Source: Candidatus Wukongarchaeum yapensis (GTDB lineage: Archaea; Asgardarchaeota; Wukongarchaeia; Wukongarchaeales; Wukongarchaeaceae). Taken from it: DNA of 11,729 bases. The position numbers and the translations under genes are program-made. The stretch lies in assembly GCA_016840425.1 (NCBI GenBank), contig JAEOSI010000050.1, forward strand, positions 1 through 11,729, read 5' to 3'. Within the stretch, counting starts at the first letter, position 1; every line of letters starts with the position of its first letter. Positions 1 to 6,946 of the stretch are shown piece by piece. Below the pieces are notes generated by a model. It was not told where the DNA came from and did no database searches. It worked only from the letters and a program-made list of their open reading frames with translations.

Positions 1-23
1 TTTTACTTTTAGAAAAGACGATA

Positions 24-96
24 AAAACAAAAAATTAAAAGTTGGAGTGTGTGATTTTCGCGGTGGTGTTTTGCTTATGGGTTTTAAAAGAAGGAT
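24..96 (+). repeat. Degenerate direct-repeat copy of the ggt 3' end (partner at 3687-3765)
   Basis: 24-65 (AAAACAAAAAATTAAAAGTTGGAGTGTGTGATTTTCGCGGTG) is identical over 42 bp to 3687-3728. Similarity continues with mismatches and small gaps to about 96/3765. It translates as NKKLKVGVCDFRG, the GGT C-terminus. Confidence 0.93.
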
Positions 97-171
97 GAAT
101 TTTTGTCAATTGTTGCCCTTATCTGCATCATAGTAGGCTATATACCGTCAGCTAGTCAGATGTATGTTTTT

Positions 172-1242
172 TTAATCGCTGTTTTTTATTATTGTTTGTG
201 ACGGGCAATTAAGGTATTCGATCTTTTTTAGCACGGGCATCTGTGCTATACCTATAATAAAATCTTCTTCTATCATTTCTTGATCTAAAAGAGGATGGAA
301 ATTCATCTTCCCTTTATTTCCTCTTTGGAAAACAATAACGTTCAAACCCATTTCTTCAAGATCTTCTAGTTTTTTCCCGATAAGCTTTGAGTCTTTGTTT
401 AAAGTAAAGCTTGCAATGAAAGCAGTTATTCCTCCAAAATAGATAGAATCCATGATGGAAACGCATTTAAAAGCGGTTGCTGCCGTTCTTGCAACGGCAG
501 GAGCTGCAAGGAAGGATGGAGAGAAAACTCTATAGATATGGATTTCTTTTGTTAAACGTTCTGCAAGTTTTTCGTTAAAAAGTCCGAGTACTATTTGGAC
601 ATCTGGGTTTAGCTCTTTGGCTTCCAAAACTATGCCGATATTTGTCAGATCATCCTTTTCAACTACTATGATGGACTTTGCTTTTGAAATATTGGCTTTC
701 TGTAAACCTCTGCCTTGGATACAATCTTCAACGAAAACAGGGATACCTTCTTCTTGAAGCTCGTCTATAAAAGCGCTTTCAGGATCTTTAGTGATTATCA
801 CAACCTCTTCACCAAGCTCGGTCAGCAGCCGAGTGACCCTATGCCCGAGATGGGTTGAACCACATACGATCACATGATCTGAGTAGGTGTTAGCTTTTAT
901 CTCTTGCCACAACTCCATATGGCTGGCCTTTGCAAACAAAGTGTTAACGAAACGCAGAAGTCCTTCCACCACGATGATTACACCTATAAGAGGAACAAAG
1001 ATGAACAAAAGTTGAAGCGGAAAACTATCAGGATAATCTAAGTCTATATCGAAAAAAATCATGCGAAGAGAAACATAAAATGCCTCTGAAAAGCTCAATT
1101 CTTCTTTATCATACCACCCCCAAAGTATTAAAGCACTGATAAAGTTCAAAGCCAAAAAAAACAACATCGTCCACTTAAATTCTAAAAAAACAGCCTTAAA
1201 ATCTCGCCACTGTGCTATGATCTTTTTTCTAAACGTTTTCAT
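172..1242 (-). CDS. Channel-like protein: 2 TM helices plus RCK (TrkA-N/TrkA-C) domains, MthK/Kch-like architecture with atypical pore
   Basis: Two hydrophobic helices (TMLFFLALNFISALILWGW; FPLQLLFIFVPLIGVIIVVEGLL) flank a pore-like segment. These are followed by DHVIVCGSTHLG (TrkA-N), ANISKAKSIIV, FSPSFLAAP and a TrkA-C-like SKLIGKKLEDL. Start placed at ATG 1242 (MKTFRKK) because GGAGG lies just upstream; the ORF track starts at GTG 1257. Confidence 0.85.
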   Translation of the reverse strand: MKTFRKKIIAQWRDFKAVFLEFKWTMLFFLALNFISALILWGWYDKEELSFSEAFYVSLRMIFFDIDLDYPDSFPLQLLFIFVPLIGVIIVVEGLLRFVNTLFAKASHMELWQEIKANTYSDHVIVCGSTHLGHRVTRLLTELGEEVVIITKDPESAFIDELQEEGIPVFVEDCIQGRGLQKANISKAKSIIVVEKDDLTNIGIVLEAKELNPDVQIVLGLFNEKLAERLTKEIHIYRVFSPSFLAAPAVARTAATAFKCVSIMDSIYFGGITAFIASFTLNKDSKLIGKKLEDLEEMGLNVIVFQRGNKGKMNFHPLLDQEMIEEDFIIGIAQMPVLKKIEYLNCPSQTIIKNSD

Positions 1243-1260
1243 CCTAATACCTCCCACATT

Positions 1261-1947
1261 TTATCGGCCTTCATTTATCTCCGCTATCTTTTCAATAACC
1301 TTCGAACTAGCCATAATAAGCAGCAAGTCGCCAGACTCAATCTTAAGATCTGGCTTGGGATGAAGGTGGAGCTCTTTGCAATGCCCTTGATGCATAATCA
1401 CGCTAAGATTAAGCTTTTCTAACTCTTGAATAGTCTTCCCAAGAAGTCCAGAATTTTCACCTACACAAAACCTTGAAAAAATCAATAACTTTCCATGAAT
1501 TTCAAAAGTATTAATAATCACGTGTTTAGTCAAAGCCGAAATAGCGAAAGGAGGCGCTGCAAGGGCGGAAACACTGAAAACACTATCGATATTAAACCGT
1601 TTTTTAAAGCTTTCCGCTAACTCTTGTTCGAACATGCGTAAAACAACCCTAATACGGGGATTCATTTCCTTCGCTTTTAGACTAATTTCAAAATTCGCCA
1701 AAAAATCATTCGAAGCAAAAACTATCGTAGCCGCTTCTCTAACGTTCGCCTCCTCTAAAACACCGGCATCTTTTGCATCCCCAAACAGTAAAGGAAAACC
1801 TGTTTCAGTTTTAATTTCCTCAACAAATTCAGCCTCAGCATCTTTCTCAATTATTATAACATCCTCATCCATTTCTTTCAACAACTTAGCTACCCGACCG
1901 CCCAATCTACCGCATCCGACAAGGATAACATGACCGCTTACACCCAT
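1261..1947 (-). CDS. Soluble TrkA/KtrA-family RCK protein (TrkA-N plus TrkA-C)
   Basis: HVILVGCGRLG Rossmann motif, IIIEKD, LFGDAKDAGVLEEANV, and C-terminal LLGKTIQEL...KIESGDLLLI (TrkA-C). Paralogous to the RCK part of the downstream gene; 18 bp from the 1242 start, probably one operon. Confidence 0.9.
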   Translation of the reverse strand: MGVSGHVILVGCGRLGGRVAKLLKEMDEDVIIIEKDAEAEFVEEIKTETGFPLLFGDAKDAGVLEEANVREAATIVFASNDFLANFEISLKAKEMNPRIRVVLRMFEQELAESFKKRFNIDSVFSVSALAAPPFAISALTKHVIINTFEIHGKLLIFSRFCVGENSGLLGKTIQELEKLNLSVIMHQGHCKELHLHPKPDLKIESGDLLLIMASSKVIEKIAEINEGR

Positions 1948-2153
1948 TTAAAAACCCCCCTTTCTTTTTTCACTCTAATAACACCTTACCAATACCAGAT
2001 AGCCTAAAAAACATATGCAAGAAAAAACTGATTACACATCTAAACTGTAAAACCTGATCTATAACCCGCCATAGAAAAATTTTTTGTTTTACTTTTAAAT
2101 TAACTGAAGTGGGGGTATATGAGGGTAATGTGGCTTGGTTTTTTTTATTTTTT

Positions 2154-2171
2154 AAAAAATAGGTTTATATT
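2154..2171 (+). promoter_or_regulatory. Candidate archaeal BRE/TATA promoter for ggt
   Basis: Purine-rich AAAAAATAGG followed by TTTATAT (2164-2170), about 43 bp before the likely start at 2213. The context is AT-rich, so the evidence is weak. Confidence 0.35.
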
Positions 2172-2212
2172 AGGTATGTTTTTTTGGTTTTATCGTGTTA
2201 GGGTGGTGGTTT

Positions 2213-3751
2213 GTGTTGTATAAGACTCCGTTTTTGGGTTCTGGTGGTGTTATTGTAACTGAGCATCCTCTTGCTTCTTTGGCGGGTTTTAAGGTTTTGA
2301 TGAATGGGGGGAATGCTGTTGACGCTGCTGTGTCATCGAGTTTTGCGTTAACGGTTTTGCAGCCTCATTTAGGTGGTCTTGGTAGTGATTTTTTTGCGTT
2401 GGTGTATTTGCGTGATGATGATAAAATATGTGGAATTAATGCGGGTGGTTGGGCTCCGAGTGGTTTATCGTTGGATTTTTTGAAGGGTAAGGGTTTTTCT
2501 AGAATACCGGGAAGGGGGGCTTTGACGGTGGTTGTTCCTGGTCTTGTGGGGGGGCTTTGTGAGTTGCATGAGAGGTTTGGTGTTTCTAATTTTAGTGGTT
2601 TGTTAAGTGATGCGATTGGTTATGCGGAGGAGGGTTTTCCTATTTATCGGAGTTTATCGGTTGCTATTAAATTGTTGAAAGAAAAGTTAGGGAGGGATGA
2701 TGGTTTTAAAAAGATTTTTCTTGCAAATGAGAATGTTTGTGAGGTTGGTAAGTATTTGGTTCAAAAAGAGCTTGCGTCAACTCTTAGGGGTATTGCGGAA
2801 GGAGGGTCTGGTGGATTTTATAGAGGAGATGTTACGGAGTCGATTGTGGAGTATGTGAATAGTCAGGGTGGTGTTTTTTCGGTAGAAGACTTTGAGGATT
2901 ATTCTCCGGAGTGGTTTGACCCGATTTTTACGGATTATCGTGGGGTGGCTGTTTATGAGATGCCGCCTCCTACGATGGGAGCGACTGCTTTGTTGATTTT
3001 GAATATGCTGGAGAGTCAGGATGTTGTTAAGCATGCTCCTAATTCAGCGCATAGGGTGGTTTTGGGTGTTGAGCTGGCGAGGATTGCTTATGGGAAGCGT
3101 GATAGTGAGCTTGGTGATCCTAGGTTTGTGGATGTTTCTTTGAGGGATTTTGTTTCTAAAGAGTATGCTTCAAGATTAGTTGAGGAGAAATTGCATTATA
3201 AGATTGATACTACGTTGTTTGGAGGAGATACTACATATTTTGCCGTGGCGGATGAGGAGGGTAATGTGGTTTCAGCGATTCAGAGTTTGTTTTATCCTTT
3301 TGGTTCCGGGCTTGTTGATCCGGGGACAGGTGTTCCGCTTAATGGTCGTGCGTCTTATTTCAAGTTTGACGGTCCGAATGTTGTATCGCCGCGTAAAAGG
3401 CCTGTTCATACTCTTTCTTCTTTGCTTTTGGAAAGGGAAGGTGATGTGTTTGCTGCTCTTGGTGCGAGCGGTGGGGAGTTTAGGCCTCAGCAGCATGCTC
3501 TTTTGGTTAGTAATTTGGTTGATTATCATATGCCGTTGTGGGAAGCGATCGAGTTTCCGCGTTTTTTGTGGGGTGGTGGTAAAAAGGTCTTGGTTGAGGA
3601 AGGGATTAAATATCCAAGATCAGGTTACGATATTCAAAAGCTTCCTTATCCTGGGAGGACTGGTGTTGCGCAGGGAGTATTGATTGAAAACAAAAAATTA
3701 AAAGTTGGAGTGTGTGATTTTCGCGGTGATGGTTTGCCTATGGGGTATTAA
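2213..3751 (+). CDS. ggt: Gamma-glutamyltransferase family protein (Ntn hydrolase)
   Basis: GGNAVDAAV, QPHLGGLG, VVVPGLV, YEMPPPTMG, autocleavage/nucleophile Thr in GGD|TTYFAVADEEGNVVS (Thr codon 3230-3232), PRKRPVHTLS, GASGG, C-terminal DFRG. Start GTG 2213 follows GGTGGTGG; the ORF track starts at 2195. Confidence 0.95.
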   Translation: MLYKTPFLGSGGVIVTEHPLASLAGFKVLMNGGNAVDAAVSSSFALTVLQPHLGGLGSDFFALVYLRDDDKICGINAGGWAPSGLSLDFLKGKGFSRIPGRGALTVVVPGLVGGLCELHERFGVSNFSGLLSDAIGYAEEGFPIYRSLSVAIKLLKEKLGRDDGFKKIFLANENVCEVGKYLVQKELASTLRGIAEGGSGGFYRGDVTESIVEYVNSQGGVFSVEDFEDYSPEWFDPIFTDYRGVAVYEMPPPTMGATALLILNMLESQDVVKHAPNSAHRVVLGVELARIAYGKRDSELGDPRFVDVSLRDFVSKEYASRLVEEKLHYKIDTTLFGGDTTYFAVADEEGNVVSAIQSLFYPFGSGLVDPGTGVPLNGRASYFKFDGPNVVSPRKRPVHTLSSLLLEREGDVFAALGASGGEFRPQQHALLVSNLVDYHMPLWEAIEFPRFLWGGGKKVLVEEGIKYPRSGYDIQKLPYPGRTGVAQGVLIENKKLKVGVCDFRGDGLPMGY

Positions 3752-3765
3752 AAAGCTTGAAGGAT
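3687..3765 (+). repeat. ggt 3' end and downstream flank, source copy of the repeat at 24-96
   Basis: 42 bp exact identity with 24-65, then degenerate similarity across the stop codon. Confidence 0.93.
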
Positions 3766-3839
3766 TGTTTTTTTGATATTTTATGCATTATGCTGTTTTT
3801 GTAGCTTCTTATATTCTTCTTATATTGTAGTGTTATGGT

Positions 3840-4382
3840 TTATTCTTCTAAAAAAACTGTGGCTGCTATTACGGTGACCCAAAAGTCTTTTTTCCCTGTA
3901 GCTGTTTGGCAGATGCTGGTTGTTTCGAAGATTTTCCCGCTTGCTTTGTAGACTTCTTTTTTCTCGTCCCAGGCTTTTTCGGGGTCAAAATCTATTCCTA
4001 ACGTTGTCGCCAGCATTGTGGCTGCTAAGTCTTCGGCGTAGTCGCCTGCTTCCTTTTCTTCTTCACCGTAACTGTGGTATTCGCTTATATATCCGTAAAG
4101 TCTTTCTTCTGAAGGAACTGCTATACCGATAGCAGCGCTTATTGATCTGCGAGGTTCGTTGGTGGAATTTTTGGATAGTACGCAGTAAGTTATTTGTCCT
4201 AGTTTTATTTGTTTTAATCCTTCAGATTTATCGATCATTTTGCAATATGGCGGTAAAATAGAGGAAACGTTTACTATATTACAGATCGCTATACCCCCCT
4301 CTCTTAGGGCTAATTCGAAAGATTGAAGCCTATCTTTGTGGACTCCAACACCTTTTGTCAGAAAAAATTTCTTTGGAATCAT
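3840..4382 (-). CDS. pdaD: Pyruvoyl-dependent arginine decarboxylase
   Basis: PKKFFLTKGVG, SFELALREGGI, NIVNVSSILPP with the Ser-Ser self-cleavage site (4265-4260), YGYISEYH, AEDLAATMLATTLG. Confidence 0.93.
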   Translation of the reverse strand: MIPKKFFLTKGVGVHKDRLQSFELALREGGIAICNIVNVSSILPPYCKMIDKSEGLKQIKLGQITYCVLSKNSTNEPRRSISAAIGIAVPSEERLYGYISEYHSYGEEEKEAGDYAEDLAATMLATTLGIDFDPEKAWDEKKEVYKASGKIFETTSICQTATGKKDFWVTVIAATVFLEE

Positions 4383-4519
4383 TTTTTTCCCAATCCTTGA
4401 AATTTAGTGATCCGAGGTTTTGTGTTTGCTGTGGAGTTGAGTTATGAAAGCAGAAAAAAAAGTTTCTTTAAAGTTTTTATTTTTTGTGTTTTTTAGGAGG
4501 TTGTGTATAATGTGGCTTG

Positions 4520-4540
4520 AGGGTATATTCCTTGTTAGGT
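4520..4540 (-). other. Possible 5' stub of an attC site (inverse core RYYYAAC) after the GNAT gene
   Basis: ACCTAAC (4540-4534) starts 16 nt after the GNAT stop and is followed by AAGGAATATA. No matching GTTRRRY was found downstream, so it would be truncated. Confidence 0.35.
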
Positions 4541-4556
4541 TTCATTTTATATTCTC

Positions 4557-4973
4557 TTATTTCTCCCATATTTTGAACATACATGGTCTATCTGGTGGTC
4601 GCTCAGTGAACCCGTATTTTTCGTAGAACTTGGAAACTCCTTTTGCCGCCATTAAGCCGATAAAAGCGTTGGGATGAGCGTGTTCTTTGAGGTAATTCAT
4701 GATGGCGTCCATAATGTGTTTACCGATTCCCGTTCCCTGGAACTCCGGTAGAACGATTATATCTTGGATGTAGAAGTAAATACCGCCATCTCCGATCACC
4801 CTCCCACAGCCAATAACTTCATTCTTGAAAATAACGCATACAGAAAATAGGGAGTTATGCAAGCCGATTTCAGTTGCTTCGGGGTCTACGCTCCACCATT
4901 CAACCGCTTCGCGGAGCTTTTGATATTCTTCTACGGTTGGAGAGCGTTCAACTAAAATATATTTTTCATTCAT
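4557..4973 (-). CDS. GNAT-family N-acetyltransferase (probable integron gene cassette)
   Basis: VIGCGRVIGDG, IQDIIVLPEFQGTGIGK (acetyl-CoA binding motif A), FYEKYGF. Codon usage lacks the strong A/C-ending bias of neighbouring minus-strand genes. Confidence 0.92.
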   Translation of the reverse strand: MNEKYILVERSPTVEEYQKLREAVEWWSVDPEATEIGLHNSLFSVCVIFKNEVIGCGRVIGDGGIYFYIQDIIVLPEFQGTGIGKHIMDAIMNYLKEHAHPNAFIGLMAAKGVSKFYEKYGFTERPPDRPCMFKIWEK

Positions 4974-4994
4974 TTTTGCACCAATCCAGCAATG

Positions 4995-5089
4995 TCGTCT
5001 AACGTTTTGGGCTTATTTGAAATTTGGGCTTCAGGTTGGATTTGGGCGAATTTTTGAAGGCAAGAAGCCAGATATGTTGTTTTAGGCGA
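4995..5089 (-). other. attC-like recombination site (degenerate), about 91 bp core to core
   Basis: On the minus strand: GCCTAAA (one mismatch to RYYYAAC, 5087-5081) 8 nt after the hicA stop, and ...CCCAAAAC-GTTAGAC (GTTRRRY, 5003-4997) 30 nt before the GNAT ATG. Manual fold: outer stem TCGTCTAA/TTAGGCGA; inner stem GGCTT(A)TTTG/CAAGAAGCC with one extrahelical base; CTTCA/TGAAG also pairs. Confidence 0.55.
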
Positions 5090-5095
5090 GTTTGT

Positions 5096-5211
5096 TCATG
5101 CTTTTTCATAAGCTTTCAAAAATTCCTCTCGCTTTATTCCTGCCTGCCTACAAATTACCCTTAAGGTAGAACCTTTAATTTTCTCATGATTTGGCATAGT
5201 TAAAGGTGTTT
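5096..5211 (-). pseudogene. hicA: C-terminal half of a HicA-family toxin, 5'-truncated
   Basis: Not in the ORF track. Minus-strand translation KTPLTMPNHEKIKGSTLRVICRQAGIKREEFLKAYEKA* matches the HicA C-terminal pattern (xxPxH..IKxxTLxxIxxQAGIxxEEF). The N-terminal half with the GSH motif is absent; the sequence abuts the sufB-like stop. Confidence 0.8.
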
Positions 5212-6159
5212 TTACATTATTCCGCGGATGATCATGTCTACTGCTTCGTCTTCTGTTAGACCTCTTGCCATGAGAGTGTCTAGTTCTTTTTGGCTTACGC
5301 GTCCTACTGCTGCTTCGTGAGTTACTCTTGCGTGGTCGTCTGTTACGCGGACTATGGGTATTGCTGCTACTATTGAGCCGAAGCCTTGGACTATTTCTTT
5401 GCAGTCTACGTGACCTGTGGCTCCTGGAGCGTTTGCTTCGGTTATTCCTTTCATGAGTACTACGCCGCCGTTTGTGGCTGCTGCTCTCATTTTTATGATG
5501 CTTTTTGAGTCTTTTCCTTCGAGGAAAACGGCGTCTCTTATTTCTACGCGGTCTTTTTTGTTTTTTCCGTAGGCTTTTGTTTCTATTTCTACTTTTGCTT
5601 CTTGGTGGGCGTATATGTCCATGTTTATGTTTACGGTGCCTACGGTGCCGTGGGTTAGGGAGAAGAGGGAGATGAATTTGCTTTTTGGTCCTACATGTAC
5701 TTCGAAGACTGGGTATACTTTGGCGCCTGAGTTCTTGCCGTGGTAGTGTCTTTCTTCGTAGAATAGTTTTGAGTTTTTGCCGATTATCATTTCTCCTTCC
5801 ATTTTATGGGTGAATTTTATGGCATTTGGAAAGGAGCAGTGGGCGAGGAATGAGACTTCTGCGTCGTCGCCTACTATGAATCGGGGGATTATTTCTTGGA
5901 CACCTTCTGAGGGTGTTACGCCGAAGCAGAGGTGTACTGGTTCTTTTATTTTTACGCCATCTTCTACGATTATGTCGCCCATGACCCCGTTTTCAAGTTC
6001 TTCACCTTCTATAGTCAAACCTTTTGTTTCTTTTATTCCTACTATTTTGTTGTAGTTTAGGAGGAGTTTTGGGCTTTCGGGGTTTAGCATTTCGTCAACG
6101 ATTATACCGACTGTTTTCGCGCTTTGAACGATATCTTCGGGCAGGGTTCTATCATACAT
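5212..6159 (-). CDS. SufB/SufD-family Fe-S scaffold (SmsB-like)
   Basis: PVHLCFG, FLAHCSFPNA, YEERHYHG, GHVDCKEIV, RVTHEAAVGRVSQKELDTLMARGLTEDEAVDMIIRG. GAGGTGA SD upstream of ATG 6159. Confidence 0.92.
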   Translation of the reverse strand: MYDRTLPEDIVQSAKTVGIIVDEMLNPESPKLLLNYNKIVGIKETKGLTIEGEELENGVMGDIIVEDGVKIKEPVHLCFGVTPSEGVQEIIPRFIVGDDAEVSFLAHCSFPNAIKFTHKMEGEMIIGKNSKLFYEERHYHGKNSGAKVYPVFEVHVGPKSKFISLFSLTHGTVGTVNINMDIYAHQEAKVEIETKAYGKNKKDRVEIRDAVFLEGKDSKSIIKMRAAATNGGVVLMKGITEANAPGATGHVDCKEIVQGFGSIVAAIPIVRVTDDHARVTHEAAVGRVSQKELDTLMARGLTEDEAVDMIIRGIM

Positions 6160-6860
6160 TTCTTTTCACCTCTTGCCATTAAGCAGTATCTTTCCATTAT
6201 TTCTTTGAATTCTCCGCTGGCTATGACTTGTCCGTCCCACATTAGAGAGGCGTAGTCTGCTATTCCTCCTGTTTCTTCTCTGTGGGTTATTATGAGGATG
6301 GAAGCACCTGTTTCTTCTTTTATTTTTTTTAGCATGGAGGAGAGCTCTCCGTAAGCTATTATGTCGAGACCTGCATCGGGTTCATCAAGCATTAGGAGTT
6401 TTGGATTCATTGCTACGGCTGCTGCGATCTCTACTCTTTTTCTTTCTCCCCCGCTTAGGGTGTTGTCACATTTTCTGTCTAGATATTTATTAGCGTCTAA
6501 GTTCACTAATTTCAGGACTTTTGCTGATTCTTCTCGGTTTTTTGCGACTATTTCGAGGTATTCTGCGATGGTTATGCCTTCAAACCTTACAGGTTCTTGC
6601 CATGCGAGAGTGATGCCCATTTTTGCACGTTCTGTTATGGAGGCGTAGGTAATGTCTTTTCCTTTGAAAATTATTTTGCCTTGGGCGGGTAAGTAAGCTT
6701 TTAACCCCATGATTGCGTAGGCTATAGAGGATTTACCAGAGCCGTTAGGTCCGATGAGGGCGTGAACTTCTTCTTCTTCCATGGAGAAGGTGACATTTTT
6801 TGTGATGGTTTTGTCTGAGTCGTCAGGCATTATGGTTATATTATCAACATTAAGAAGCAT
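6102..6860 (-). CDS. sufC: SufC-family ABC ATPase (SmsC-like) with C-terminal Cys cluster
   Basis: Walker A GPNGSGKS, ITLAWQEPVRFEG, signature LSGGERKR, Walker B LMLDEPDAGLD, H-loop ITH, C-terminal C-x8-C-x4-C. Overlaps the sufB-like gene by 58 bp. Confidence 0.92.
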   Translation of the reverse strand: MLLNVDNITIMPDDSDKTITKNVTFSMEEEEVHALIGPNGSGKSSIAYAIMGLKAYLPAQGKIIFKGKDITYASITERAKMGITLAWQEPVRFEGITIAEYLEIVAKNREESAKVLKLVNLDANKYLDRKCDNTLSGGERKRVEIAAAVAMNPKLLMLDEPDAGLDIIAYGELSSMLKKIKEETGASILIITHREETGGIADYASLMWDGQVIASGEFKEIMERYCLMARGEKKCMIEPCPKISFKARKQSV

Positions 6861-6946
6861 TAAGTACCAACTCCTTTACTCAAAAAGTTAGAGAAGAAGG
6901 CGAAAAAAAAAATTTGTTTTGGGTAGATATTTTGCCTAAATATTTT

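Noticed and set aside
1634-1933. 99-aa plus-strand ORF
   Set aside because: Antisense shadow of the trkA gene; no recognisable motif.
1-2097. 11-bp match TTTTACTTTTA at 1-11 and 2087-2097, near both borders of the skew-reversed segment
   Set aside because: Too short and T-rich to distinguish from chance, and the first copy is cut by the window edge.
2777-3683. Short ORFs 2777-3034 (-), 3180-3683 (+) and 3272-3529 (-)
   Set aside because: All lie within ggt in other frames; long open frames are expected from its skewed codon usage.
3920-4626. ORFs 3920-4132 (+) and 4444-4626 (+)
   Set aside because: Antisense to pdaD and GNAT, or low-complexity Phe-rich text from T-rich DNA.
2213-4973. ggt, pdaD and GNAT as a joint agmatine/polyamine modification pathway
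   Set aside because: ggt and pdaD are convergent, and the GNAT looks like a foreign cassette; nothing in the sequence supports co-function.
5006-5047. Three TTTGGGC units as a tandem repeat or mini-CRISPR
   Set aside because: Units are 7 bp with irregular 7-12 bp gaps, far too short for CRISPR; better explained as part of the attC-like element.
5777-6648. ORFs 5777-6055 (+) and 6361-6648 (+)
   Set aside because: Antisense shadows of the sufB-like and sufC genes.
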